NCBI GenBank assembly: GCA_002104905.1 | Contig: MCFE01000346.1 | Coordinates: forward strand, 25,852 to 89,851 | Direction: 5' to 3' | Source of the DNA: Basidiobolus meristosporus CBS 931.73 | Lineage: Eukaryota; Fungi; Basidiobolomycota | DNA: 64,000 nt | Shown: in pieces, positions 22,845 through 36,793 of the stretch | How the letters are laid out: each line of letters starts with the position of its first letter | How positions within the stretch are numbered: the stretch's first letter is position 1 | The notes under the pieces: generated by a model | The model's database searches: none | Seen by the model: the letters and a program-made list of their open reading frames with translations, nothing else | Told to the model about the DNA's origin: nothing | Translations under genes and position numbers: made by a program

Positions 22845-24286
22845 ATGCCAAGACTGGAGTTGATAGCTGAATTAGAGGGTAAACAAAGCAAGCCTCTGCA
22901 ACGGTGTGCAATAAAAAAGAAGCTTTTCTGACTCGCCTTCTATCTTATGAAAAGGTCATGAGGATCGTGTTTGGCAAGTTTCTTGGGATCCTAGCGGAAC
23001 TCAATTAGCTTCCTGCAGCGGAGACAAAACTGTCAGGTTATGGGTGCCTGATGAGCATAACCCAGGAAAGGCTAGCTGGAACTGCGTAGGGCTACTTGAA
23101 GGGTTTCATGAGCGTACTATTCGAAGTGTTCAATATTCTCCTTCTGGGCAAGTCTTAGCCACCGGGAGCTTTGATGGCACTACTGGCATATGGGATAAGA
23201 GCGAAAGTATAGGTAGAATAGCTCGAAAAAACCCTCTCGTTGGTTTTCAGATACCTGACTTTTCCTAACCTCCACTTTTAATAGAATTTGATTGCGTAGC
23301 TACACTAGAAGGGCATGAAAACGAAGTCAAAAGCGTCGCTTGGTCCGCCACTGGATCTTTGATTGCTACCTGCAGCAGGGACAAAAGTGTTTGGATTTGG
23401 GAAGGTTGGTTGTCGTAGCAATGACTTTGTTACGGACGGTAGCTCATTTGCATTCAAGCTGCATCCTACGACGATTTTGAATGCTTAGCCGTACTACAAG
23501 AACACACCCAGGATGTCAAAACCGTTAAGTGGCACCCTAATGAAGAGGTAGCTTAAGAGTGGATATGCTACATCAGAACCATGGTTAGCCTAAAATTGGC
23601 TATTTAGATTTTGGCTTCCGCCGGTTATGATGATACAATCAAGATATGGGAAGAGCAGGACGACGATTGGTACTGCACAGCCACTTTGGAGGGCCACAAG
23701 TCCACTGTATGGGCAGTAGATTTTGACTCGAGAGGGGATCGACTTGGTAAGGTCAAATCTAACCTGAACATGAGCCACTGTGCTAATATGGTTGTGCAGT
23801 TTCTGCTAGTGATGACAAAACCTTGAAAATCTGGAAACACGAGAAAGTCCCCAAAGTGCATAGTGAGTTTCAGTTTAATTTATCTCATACCAGTTGATCC
23901 TAATCACATGGGTTAGGCTTCAATCCTTCTTCTTGGAGATGCGTGACTACCTTGGAAGGATACCACAAGCGAGCCATTTATAGTGTCTCTTGGTCCAAGC
24001 ACCATGGTCATTTAGTAAGTGGAGGCGATGATAATGCCGTACGTATATTTGCCGAGGTAATATCCATTTTAAACTCCTTAGAAATACGTACCTGCAGCTG
24101 ATGCCTTCCATATAGACGTCGCCAGAAGATGCAGAGAATCAATTTGAGGTGGTTGCAACCGTTGAGGGTGCCCATGGAGTTCATGATGTAAATTCGGTGG
24201 TCTGGAACCCCAACGAAGAGTTTGGATATATCTTTGCTAGTGGCGGTGATGATGGAGTTGTCCGCGTGTGGCAGTATATTCCATAA
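22845..24286 (+). CDS. CIA1: Cytosolic Fe-S assembly WD40 protein Cia1
   Basis: Multi-exon; [84 protein letters not shown]. Confidence 0.95.
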
Positions 24287-24842
24287 TTTAGATGTAAACA
24301 TAGTAGGACTCTCATGATTGGAGCTACTCTATATTCCCTGTTTAATTGTTCTTCTCGTTGGACAATCAAGCCACTTGTTAAAGTGCTACTCTCCAACTTC
24401 CCAATATGTAATCACATCATTAAATCAGACCTTAGCGTCTATGACAGTCATAACTCAGGCGGATAAAGGCAGTCCGAGGGTGAGGGGACGGGGTAGGTTG
24501 ACCCGTCGTCCATAGTGGAGTGATGTGATGAGAATTGGCATATTATGGACCAGATCCCTCAATTCATGCAGGTTGGACTGAATTCACGTGAATCTATGAG
24601 CAGTCCTCGTAAACGTGTACATATTATAGTTAGCCAATATAATCCAGGTGATACAAGATTGTAAGAACTACAACCAACGTCCATTTAATCCATTATAATA
24701 CAAATACCGAAATTTGTTCCCAAGCCAAAATGTACCAAATCATTTATGATGACAAAGCTGAACTCCTAGAAAGCGCCACGAATATATATCTCAGTCACAT
24801 CGATTTCCCCCTTGTTGGTTTGTTCTATAGCTGCCTTTTTCA

Positions 24843-27296
24843 ATGTCGCTACTAGCTTTACGCTCCTTTGGCAATCTCCTACAGGCCAGAAAAACTGGTC
24901 TACGGTGAGTGCTTTATATGTTACTTACTCTTGAATACAGCCATTCATGTGAGTCTATTTCATCTTCGTTTGGTAGTGTTGTATATCCTGCGTACCGCAC
25001 TTTTGTTTCCAAGAAGGCTGGTGTCACTTTTCAAAACCAAGATAACCTACCAAAATTGCCGGTACCAGAGCTACATGATACAGCCGATAGGTACTTGAGA
25101 AGCCTAGAGCCAGTGCTGCGGAATAGCGAGGAGTTTGAGAGGGCTGCCCAAGCGGTGAGCACGTTTATAAAGCCAAACGGCTTAGGAGAGACGTTACAAA
25201 ACCGTCTCCTTAACCTTCAAAAAAATGCGGAGGTATGCAGTATTTCTTTGCCAAGCATTTACTTGAAAACCTGTTGATTGGAAGGATCTTCTGATTAGCT
25301 TTCATGGTTGGAAGATATCTGGGTTAACAAAGCCTATTTGGAGTATCGGGAGCCAGTTCTCCTTAATGTCAACTGGTGGTGTACTTTCAGCAACCCACCC
25401 CAAGGACTTGTTGAGGCGAAGAAAGGGAGCTTTTCTGAGGCTCAAATTAAGAGAGCTTCTAGCTTCGTTAGACGAGTTCTAGAGTTCAGTGATTTAGTCA
25501 ACAGGTATTGATTGTTTAGCCTTGCATTTGTTGGAGTTTATGAATACTAAAATACTGCTAGGCAGGAACTACCTGTGGATCAACTCCGCAAGGCTCCATT
25601 ATGCATGAATCAGTACAAAAGAATCTTTGGAACGGCCAGAATTGCAGACACTACTCGTGATAGACTGGCATACAACTATCCTGCTACAGCAAAGCATGTC
25701 ATCGTTATGGCCAAGGATCAGTTTTTCAAAGTCAACGTCCTTGGAGAGAATGGCCAATTAGCTTCAACGAAGCAAATTCAACAGTAACTACTATTTATCT
25801 TAGCACACCAATGCTTATTGTCTGATGATTCCAATTGTCTAGCCAACTCTCCGAAGTTGTCAAGCTCGTTTCAGACCTAGCCGAGACACAACCATCAGTC
25901 GGAATACTGACTTCTGAGCATCGAGATGTGTGGGGCAAGGTAAAGAAAGATGTGGGGCAGTTGATCTGACCGTTGCTAAATGTAATCCTGCAGATTCGAA
26001 ATGACCTCGCCGCTTTACCGGGAAATGCCCAAACTTTCAAGGACATCGACGAAGCCTTGTTTGTAGTGTGCCTGGATGATATCGGCCCAGATGGCGACCC
26101 AGATCATGCTCACCGTCATATTTTCCATCGAGATGATGCGAAGAATCGGTGGTTTGATAAGCCACTGCAATTTATTGTTGCAAATAACGGAGTTGCTGGT
26201 GTGAACGGCGAGGTAAGTGGTGTTAAAGGGAGTTCTGCTTATTTGTTAGATCCAACTTATACTTTCCATACGCCTCTAGCACTCGCCTGTTGATGCCGTT
26301 GTCCCTGGCGCTGTTTTCAATTACATCGTGTCCAAGTAAGAGTTCGAGTGGTTTTTGGGACGGATCCACCCCCTTACACAGTGCATTAGGGAAAATGAGA
26401 AGGAAGAGGCCGAGTCCTTGATACAACTCGCCCCTCCTGTGCAACTTAAATGGTCAGTCACTGGAGAGGTAACTGACGCGATCAAGACAGCCGAATCCAA
26501 TGCCAAGAAATTCATCAAGACTATCCAAAGCTTGTGCCTTCATTACAACGGGTATGGCTCCGATTTCATTAAAAAGGGTAAGAGTTCAGTTTAGGAATGT
26601 GATCATGTTCATCAATATTCAGCGTGATTACCCAGTCAAAGTAAGCCCAGATGCATTCGTTCAGATGGCACTCCAGCTGGCATATTACAGACAATATGGT
26701 GAAAGTTGCCCTACCTACGAGACAGCCTCGACACGCGCATTTGCATATGGTCGAACTGAGACGGTTCGCGTATGCTCTTCAGACAGCGTAGCCTTTGTGG
26801 AGGCATTTGATGATAACTCTGTAGAAGTATGCAATTGTACTTTGCATTCTTTGAGATCAATCTCTAATATTTGTTGTTGAAGGATCGCGAGAAGTTGATA
26901 TTGTTCAAGAAGGCCATTGAATCACACCTGGAGTATATGGGGGCGGCAAGCAGCGGTAAAGGTGTTGATAGACATCTCCTGGGGCTTCGGTCGGTAATTG
27001 AGACAGATGCGGAGCGCGAAAAGGCTACTATTTTCTCGGACCCATCTTATATCAAGTCCATGTATTTCAAACTCTCCACTTCAAACATGAGCCCAGGTGA
27101 CCACTTTTACGGTGGTTTCGGTCCAGTAGTCCCTGAGGGATATGGAGTGAACTATGCTATTGGTAAAAATAACATGAAATTCAGCATCTCTAGCTGGAGA
27201 ACCTGTAAAGAGACGGACAGTGATATCTTCCGAGATACCTTGAATAAGTCCTTGAACGATTTGCGCGAAGCTGCAGATAAATTTGTCCAGTCCTAA
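24843..27296 (+). CDS. Carnitine/choline O-acyltransferase (Cat2/CPT2-like), probably mitochondrial
   Basis: [40 protein letters not shown] (catalytic His), [40 protein letters not shown]; Arg-rich N-terminus. Confidence 0.92.
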
Positions 27297-27589
27297 ATTG
27301 AGTGGACTATCATTCTATTGTTACATATCCAGCTGTCAGGGGGCTTAAAGAGTCCTCGTGCCTGTTCTTTCCATGTCCGCGGCATTCGTGCTATTAAATT
27401 CTTTCAAGCGATATGCTTCACATCACCACCTAACATGTCAAAGGACCAACTATTTCTTGCTGGTTGTATCAAGCTGTGCGGCGTGCTTTGAGGATCTATT
27501 TATTGTACACCAAATGTAAAAATGGAAGGTATATGTAGAAGCGATGATGCATGGATATGAAACAAGTTGTAGTGAATAGGGTGGACTGG

Positions 27590-28648
27590 TTATTGGGCAG
27601 CAATAACTCTGTCGCGCCCAGCTAAATCAGCCCAGACTTGCACCGACTCAAAATTATGAGCCTTCAAAAAGGCAACCATCGGCTCAACCTGGTGTTCCCC
27701 TCCGATTTCCATGGCTAGCCTTGGGATTGATGGGATCTTGATTTTGGATGAGAGCTGACCAGACAGCGACGCCAAACGCTTGTGGAATAGCATTCCGTCA
27801 TCATCTGCAACTAGGGCGTTAGGATCTTCCCAGAGCTTGACCTCGGGCGAGAGAGTTCTGTACTCGTCTCGAGTGATGTATGGGGGATTTGAAACAATCA
27901 TGTCGTATGCTCCATCTTGAACAATCCTTGCCAACGAAGACTCGTCGAGAATATCCATAAGTTGGAATTTAACTGGGTTGCTTAGTTTTTCTGATAAAAG
28001 GTCTTTGTTTAATTGTGAAAGCGAGATTGCATGCTGAGCGTTATCCAACCCCACCACCTCGCAGGTATCGCTGGGTAGCATGGCAGCAAATGTTAATGCA
28101 ATACATCCAGAGCCGGAGCACACGTCCAATATTCGGAGCTTCCGTTGGTAGTGAGCCTTGAATTTGCTGATGTTCGCGTTTAAATTGTCCACAATTTTCA
28201 GTGTCCATTCTTCTGTCTCCCACCTAGAGAGCAGAATTTTGAGTTATCGTGAAGGAACACACAACCGCGAGGGAGAAACTAACCTAGGTATAAGAACCGG
28301 AGGCCTTGTGACAATGTCCAGCTCACCAAACGGCTGAGTCCCTAGGATGACAGCCATTAAACACACAGCCTATCGCAGGAAAAGAAATCCACAAGTACCT
28401 AGTATGTATTGCAAAGGTTTGCGCAAATTAACTCTTTGGGCCACGAGTTCCTCTAATTTTTCATTCTCCTTCTGCTCCAATTCACTTTTAGGAAGGTTGA
28501 CTAATTGGGCATTGCTTCGCAGGTCCAACTTGACATATTCTGAAAGCCAACGAATCTCTTGCAGCGCATTGTCAAGGTTGTCGTCGCATATGGGTAGCAA
28601 ACGTTTGGCCAGTTGTACCCGGAAGGGTAAACTTATGTTTAACTTCAT
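27590..28648 (-). CDS. HemK/PrmC release-factor glutamine N5-methyltransferase (Mtq1/HEMK1-like)
   Basis: RKPLQYILGTQPFG, PPVLIPRWETEEW, ILDVCSGSGCIA, IVSNPPYI, LAMEIG. Confidence 0.92.
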
Positions 28649-29118
28649 AAAGGATGTCTCTGTTCGAGTCAGGAAAGCTTAATACTGTTGTATATAAGCG
28701 AATTTATTCCGCAATTCAGTTGTTCCACCAATGACACGTGAATATAACGTTTGGAGTTTTTAATCTACAGACAGCAGTGAGGAAGGAATAGATCAGAAGA
28801 TCCCAGTCTAGCCTGATGATAGATGATGGGATTGCTAGCTAGCGACTGTGACTAATCGATTTCATGACTATTTGCTTCTGTTTGAGTTGGGCAGGGGATT
28901 TTGTTTGTTTACTTTATCCTTTAATTCCACTGATGTTATTTTGAGAGCTCATATAGCCAGGGAATTTTCATTGGCACTTTTTTCACGTACCGGTTGTGAC
29001 GTTTACTACGAGGTGCAAGAGAAAAAACACACTTCTCATTACTCCACTCGGCTTACTCCTTTTCAAACTTCTCTTGTCCTCCAGTTAAGAAGCTGACTGT
29101 TGATACCGGCCCCTTTAA

Positions 29119-32100
29119 ATGAGCCATACTATGACTCAAGAGATTCCCTCGGAAAGCAAGAATCGCAAACATGTTATGTTTAGTAGTGAATGTCTAGGTC
29201 CCGCGACCTCAACCCCAGACTCCTCCAGACCGAGGAAAACGAAGGGTATACTTAAAACTCCTTCCAAGCCAACCGAGCAGGAATTGAAGGAACTAGACGA
29301 AATGCAGTCACAAAGTGCGCTCTCTGATTTTGTCACTCCCGCTCTAGAAGCTCTAAAAAAGGGGGACAGTAACGATTGCGTGGACGCATACATAACAATA
29401 CATAACAAATTTCGCCTTAAAGATGAGAATCAGCAGCTACGCAAAGTCGAGGCAAACATTAATGAGTTCGTTGCTGTATTTAAAAGAGATATCGGCAATT
29501 CACCTGACGTGAATGTGTACGTGTGAAATCAACCACTCCTACTAGCATTGAGTTCCCATGTAGTAATATCTCCGTGCTTTTTAGAACGCATGCTGCACTT
29601 CGGTGCTTGGGCTTCTTTTTGTATCACCCGGTCATCGTATCATTGTTCTCACGTAAGGCCAAGAACGTTTTACGTATATATTTCGTCAGACTAGCGCTAA
29701 TACTTGCTCTTGTAGCAACTGAGTTGTGTGACTTACTGAAGATTCTAGTATCCAAAATCTACACTTCGCAAGACAAGGTAGCGACTTGCTTCATATGTGT
29801 CTTGTGATTCCCAACCTGATCTTTTCTCCCAAGATCGTATGTAACCTTTCAGTATGGTGCATAGCGGTTCAGAGGATGGCACCTACCGTTATTGCGCCGA
29901 TGGCTTCTACATTGGTAGACGCAGTGGTTTTTGCAAGTGGCTCTACTCATAAATCCGTGACCATCCAGAACGAAGCACTTACGGTAATCAGCACTTGCAC
30001 TTTTCCTTCAATCCCTGGTCACTGAAACACCCTGTTGGAAGGCATTGGATGTTATTTTCAAGCAAGTCCCCTATGCTGCATCTTCAGAGGCCCGATCCTG
30101 GCTCCTGCCAGTTATCAACTACTCCATCAATTCGATACCTGGGCTGAGAGCCAAAGCACTTCAAGTCATCCAAACGTCGTTGATAGATCTGATAAAGCAC
30201 CACGATAAAATCGGCACTATTTTAGATGTAAGATTGGCGCTGCGTCTATCCAATCCACAACAAACTCTCATAATACCCCATCCTTGCAACAGGAGTTTAT
30301 GAATACACATTTCTCCGATTTTGTTCTGAATCTGAACGAGCTACTCGGCTCAAACGAAGGTAACAAAAAAGTCGTTATCTCAAGAACTGATCAATGCCAA
30401 CGTTCAACTTTCGCGTTTGCTGTAGAAATCTATGTGATTCAAGTATGGGGCGCTGTGGTTGCTTTTCTCGGCAGGAAGCTTCACCGAACCACGGTCCTCA
30501 ACTCCTTATTGAAAGTCATGGAGGTAATTTCGGTGATTGTTTTAACAAGTGCAGGATTTGTTACTAATGCCAGTGAACCGATAGAAATGCTTCAACACGA
30601 AAAAAGCTGAAGTCAGATATGCAGCCTTTCAAAGTTGGAAGTAATATATGTTCTAGCTCGTTCAACAATCGCCACTCGTTAACTTACTCGATGCCTTAGG
30701 TACCTCATATACAACTTTTCTCTGAATGGTCACCTGTTCCATGATAAACGCATCAAACTTATCATGGTGCCATTACTCAATTGGTTCGTAGAGGTCAATT
30801 CGTGGAAGTAGCCCGGCGATTGTACCTAATCTCCATCTCCAACTCCAGTTTTAACTACGAAAAAAACAAGAACGTTAAGCTGTCTTGCTTGAAAACCTGG
30901 ATCGGGCTTGTGTATATATTCGGCGACTCCTTAACAAAGGTACGGTGCTGATATGCTGAAATCCAGTTGAGAGTCTCTACTCACCATTACCATCGGTGAA
31001 CCTAGTATTTTGATAAGGTGTTTGTGCCTGTGATCAAATTCACTTTGTCCGACGATGCTGAGGATATTCGTCAGTTAGGATTCAGTATTGTTGATAGCCT
31101 TCTAAGCTGGGAAGGGAGAGGTGACATTTTTACAGTGGACTGATGGTGAGGTGTGCCATTCAACTCATCCCTTATACTAGCTCCGAATGTCGCCCTGCCT
31201 GACTCACTCAGCTTCATACAGCTCGAGAATATCACCCCAGACATGATCAGCAGAAAAGATCCAAAATGGATTCGGTTAAATGTCAGGCATTTTCTAGATA
31301 TGTTGTTGGTGGGGCTCAGTAACCAAGCCAAATGGACCCATTCGGCTGAGTGGGTTGAAAGCTCGTTGACGGAGAAACATATTCTAGTGGTAATGTTGAC
31401 CTTTCGTACCTGCAACCCGGAAGGCATCCTAATCGATCGCCACAGAAACCGATCAACAATGTTTGGATACATCTGTTACACATCATGGAGATTTTGCTTC
31501 AAAAAGGTATGCCCTCTGATTTCCTGTTGAACTTGTAGAATGCCTAACTCATGCACATATCAGAGGTCAATCCATCCACCGAAGGCATTCAGAGTGTTCA
31601 TCAATCGCTCCACTTCATTTCGCAAGTATCAGGGATAGAAGGCTCGATATTGACCTCTTCCTCAGCAATGGATACAGGTTACATACATTTCCACCATTTT
31701 TCATAGATTGGTAAAGTTAAACGTTCAATGTAGATCAAACCAACCTTGAGGATCAGAAACTTGAGCTTGTGTACTATATGATCAAAGGATTACTGCAATC
31801 ACTTACCCCCCGCACTTTGGTTTTGACCAAGTATCGAATGAATGAGGAGGAAAGAAAGCTGTCAGTTGCTATATCGGAAAATGCATCACTTAACCTGGGT
31901 GATAAAATGCGGAAGCAGCTATCAATTAACATGGTGGTTACTCCTATCGGTAATTATGGAATATCATCCTACATCTGGAGCTATTGCTTATTGTTTTCTA
32001 TCCTTACTAGTGTACATCGCCAAAATATGGATGGACATCTTTAGTCGTACACTGAGCCCTCCGATAGCCAAAACCTATTGGGAGATGTACGGGCATTTTA

Positions 32101-34611
32101 TCGAGATTTCCCAGAATGGACCCGCAGTTCTGGATGTATTTTCCTCATTTTTTGGGCTGCTATCGTTGTCCAGTTCAAATGAGGATGCGTTAACTGCGTG
32201 GTCATATATTGGTAAATGCGGATTTGTCTTCAATGATTGTTCAAGCCAGTAGTAATCATGTTTTCCAGTGAAGGGACTATGCTACCATATTGACGAATCC
32301 AATACAATTTCTGAGGATCTCAATCCTTTTGCCGATGATAGCCACGAGGTTATCTACGAGGCATTTATGTTTCCTATTCGGTACGTTGCATTCCATTCAG
32401 CATCGATACTTCCTCTTAATAAGATTGTTTGTAGCATCGCATGCAAAAGCCCTGTGTACTTGAAGGAAGAGTACGTCACGCTATGGAAAGAGCTATTTGA
32501 CTGCTATCATCGTGTCATAGAGAGCAAATCTGCAGACAAAGTCTTTTACATCCACCAACTTATCTCACAACTTTGGTTGCAAATGGAGGATTCAGATTCG
32601 TTTGGGTATATTTCTTTTTTGGCATTCCGTTGGAAACAGCCATTCACATGAATATATGGTATTGTGATATTTCCAGGATGGTGGCGTTGTATGTAGAGAT
32701 CACCCGGCATTTTCTGGACACGTTAAGCTTCGAAAGCGGGACCATGACCAACATGCTTCCTGGCGTGCAACTCTTCCGGAAAACAATCCCCGACAACCAG
32801 CACTCGGCCAAAGAATTAAGGTTTTTCAAAGCAGTATACTTTTAAGTCGGATAATCAGTTATTGACTCAATATTCTGGTCAGTCCTTCTCAAATTCTTGG
32901 AATTATTTGCGGCATTTTGTTCCAGAAACTCTACGACTCGCTCGATCTGACCCTCCCCGAGCCTTACCATATTGTTACGCTAACCGAAGGCCTATTCTCC
33001 TCAATTACAAGCGCCATCAACAAAGCCAGTAGAGGCGGCTACATTACAGTAATAGATTATCTGACTCTAGGGTTTAGCAAATGGCTTCAAGATGAGGATG
33101 GTCATATTCTAAGCCAGTGCCCTGAGAACCAACAAAGCTACTATAAGATGGTTCGCATCGATTCCGTGTCGTATATCATCCGCCACCTGATACTAATTCT
33201 TGCCGTATTAGGTCGATGTTCTGTGGGGTGCTGTCTTGGAGCGTGTCAACAGTTTACCGGACCTAACCACGCAAGATGCGCTTTTTCATCTGTCAACTTT
33301 GCTCATTGCTGGTGCCAATAGTAGCCGTGAGCAAATTAAAATCACATCTGCGCAATATCTGAAAAAATTCCTTGAGCAATGTTCCCCGGACGATGTTCCT
33401 CTCTCGTTACAGCCACTCCTGCGATCTAATGTTGGTATATGGTATTGTCGAAAATCCAGCAGTTGAAACTAACAAATTCAATATGATAGTGTCTCGATGG
33501 AGCAAACGAGAATGGAAAGGTAAGTTTTAGCTATATTTGATCGATCATACTCGAAGGAATGCTTATCCGTCGTTTTCTACTCAGCGCGATATTATTTGTG
33601 AGCGAGTTGAATTCAGAAGGGAAGTCACTCCAGAAAGCCCGGCTATACGCCCTAAACCACGGACTCCCAAGAAGAAACTTGGTTAGTATATATTCTGTTG
33701 ACTACTATCACTCAATACTAACTATTTACAGCCTCCCCAGCGGCGATTGCTGAGTACAATGAGCTAGAGGGCACGCCTTCGCATGGTGCGCGGGTTCAGG
33801 TCAACCAGACGGAGGTAATGTACGGCACGTTATACTAGACACATTTTTCCATGCTGAGCTTGTCCATCACAGCAATTTCGAAGGGACTCTCAGAAATTAA
33901 ATCAAGGGAAATATTCAGCAGTCAAAGACGCACTCTTAGCAATCCCAGATGGCATTGGCAGCAGAACACCTGTTTATTGGAAAGGTATATAGTGTGTGGG
34001 ATAAAATACTGGACGCATGTTTCTCATCAACTAGAACTTTTCTGAACCAGGAAAACGCAAAGCCTCCACTCCTTTCAAAAGCCCAACTATGAACACCCCA
34101 TGCATTCAAGTGCAATCGACTTCTGCAGGAAGCTCACAGTCAAATGCAGGTAAATAGAATGATTCGGGGCAGCCCATAAAATATTCAAAACTGAAGCTTG
34201 AAAATTAGACGATGAGCCAGAAACCCCCACCAAGCGTCTGAGATGTGTAAAAATTAGCGCTGATACTCCTGCGAACCTGGAAAATACGGTAAATATGGTT
34301 GGATCTCTTTTCTAAGCCTCACCTGTATTTACAAGACCAATCTGCAGTCACCCACACTCAGAGATCAGAGTCCTAAACCAACTCTACTACCCCCGCCGAA
34401 GTTCGATCTGCGTGAGTTGAGCGCGTTGCGTCATGCTGATGACAACGAAGTCGAGAGGCTCTTGGGATATATCAACGAGCTCCTGGAATCCAGAGATTTA
34501 CTTGAAGAGACTTCCCCAAGGTCAGTTGGCCGAGCTCCTTTGTGGAGAGTATCCGAACTAACCAGAGCCTCCAATGATTTAGCACACTTGCTCAGCTGCA
34601 CACCAAACTAA
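29119..34611 (+). CDS. RIF1: Rif1 (telomere length and replication-timing regulator), many exons
   Basis: N-terminal PP1-docking KHVMF (RVxF-type) and KGILK; HEAT-like Rif1_N blocks (VWGAVVAFLG..LNSLLKVME, KRIKLIMVP, SEWIRLNVRHFL). Exact exon boundaries not all resolved. Confidence 0.82.
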
Positions 34612-35274
34612 ACAAGCTTTCGGAGACAATTGTACAAACACTTGCACAAAAAGTCGTCGACTCTACCCCATGATTATAGAGCTGGGAGTCTTTCGACTGA
34701 TGAAACATAATCCACCACAATATTTTTATATCGTTCTTTCGCCTGTATTCTATCCTATGGAGAATTGCTGCATTTAGTTTTGACCAAGTCAGCATCTATG
34801 TAATGAGCATGTAGCATGCGCCCCACTTTCTTAGCGATCCCCTGTGACGTCTTGACATTTGTGTTTAGTGGTGACAGTTTTAAATGCGGGGGGATGACAA
34901 TAAGAAACCGTTACAAAAATCCATCATTGCTCACACACTCCAATCCTGTTACATTATTTCCGGCTTATTCGAGTATTGGTCTGGGACTTGTTTCGAGTAG
35001 GAATCGCCGGATCAAGCCATTCTAGACTTGAAATGACCTGGTTGGGGCTACGCCTCACATCTCACCGACAGTAAAAGCACGCCCCGTCGTTAGCACCACT
35101 TTTGGCAACACTGGAAGATTACTCTTCATCGGCACTGATCTGAGTAGGGATTTTCCTTCTGTAGTTGGGCGACACAGCTGGGTTTGTTTGCCTTGACTTG
35201 ACTAAATCGGAGGGGCTCACACCATCCGCATCATCGAGCAGAATTGAGATTGGTTCGCAAATATAGCTGAACAC

Positions 35275-36349
35275 ATGCTAAAAGATATTTCCGGGCTCCT
35301 GGTAGTGCGTGCCTGTGGTGGCCGAGATTTGACTGTGGTCCAAAGGATCGGGAAGCAGGACCCATACCTGGAATTCAAACTGGGGGACGAGAATCAGCGC
35401 ACCCATACGGACAATAACGGTGGTCAGAAGCCCACATGGGGGCAGGCAGTGAAATTCGATCTCAACAATGAACGGGAGTTGCTAGTCAAGTGCATAGACA
35501 AAAACCCCGTTCACGACTCGCACATCGGCCAAACGGAGATCCTGCTGGACCCAGTCCTGGAAAATCACCAGTACGACGGTGAGCTGAATCTATCGAGTGC
35601 CTCCCTATACGGTTACTCAAGCTCGTTCATCTTATTTAGGCTGGTTTATGATTAAAAATCGAGATTCTCCGGCAGGTGAGATCTATCTGGAGCTTACCTT
35701 CTATCCTTCGGTAAGGCCGACCTGAGGAAAGTCTCCGATGCTATGCTAATAAATCCACGTAGGATGGCTCATACAACCCAAGGCCCTTGGTCACTCGAGG
35801 CTCCTACATTGCCCACTACCCTGCTGCGCCGCCCAACAAGGCCATCAACTCGAGGATCCACCCCAAGCATGTGTCCTTGAACCCCGCATATTTAGCCAAC
35901 AAACCGCTCCCAGCAATCCCGAGTTCTCCCAAGAGTCAAGAGAACAGCAAAAAGCTTCCCAAGCCTCCAGTACCACCCAAAGACCCCCGAATTAAGGTTT
36001 GTCTTCGGCGTGTAGCATGCCATCAACCACTATCTGACCGTATTTCCCACACCAGCGAACATACTGGCCGCAACACCAAACGATCACCCACAAACGATAC
36101 GGAGCCGCTTCGTTCATGGGCAACTTCCCGCCGAGCTTCGTCTACGGTGGCTTTCCAGTTGGGGTCCTACCAAGCGGGAATTCGTATTCGCCGGGAATGT
36201 ACATGCCCGTACCTGACGACTACATGGCTAGACAGAGTTACTACTTCGCACCACCCCCATCTGTTCCGTCATATCCACGAGAATTCATCCCGTCCTGTCG
36301 GGAACATACGTCATATAGGAAATCCGGTAGACCCCATAGCTATTTCTAA
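35275..36349 (+). CDS. C2-domain protein with Pro-rich tail (Inn1/Fic1-like)
   Basis: GKQDPYLEFKL..QRTHTDNNGGQKPTW..GEIYLELTFYP, followed by PPxPPK-rich segments; four exons. Confidence 0.72.
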
Positions 36350-36793
36350 TCTGTGATCAGTCCTAGCCAACACCCAACATCCCGTTTTAATTGCGCCCGT
36401 ACAAACTACAAAGAGTACGGCGACTCTCTTCCCCCTTCCCCCTTCACATGGCAACTAGCGTTCTATCCTTTGTCAAATGGCGATAAGATATAAATTATGA
36501 AGTCTAAAAATACCAAGACTGACCCAAGAGTGGAGGCTAGTCGACACTATTGTTAATCGCGGCGAGAGCAGTCCATTTATGGCGGAGTTTCTCCGAGGTT
36601 GCTTAATGAGGAGTATATTAAAAATAGGCTCCAACATGATCCTTTCGGTTTGGTTTCCATTGATCTACTCCTGCATAATTGATTTCCACATCAATTAGAC
36701 GACTCAGAATGCACTGATTGATGTGTGCCAAATCCAGTCAGTGATTTCCGTACTTAAAGGCATGAAGCACTGGCATGGCCGCATCAAACTGTC

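Noticed and set aside
27294-27400. Readthrough-derived peroxisomal signal on the carnitine acyltransferase
   Set aside because: The stop is TAA and the downstream frame gives no SKL-like terminus.
29119-34611. RIF1 lying ~30 kb from a telomere as a functional linkage
   Set aside because: Rif1 acts in trans; the position is most simply coincidental.
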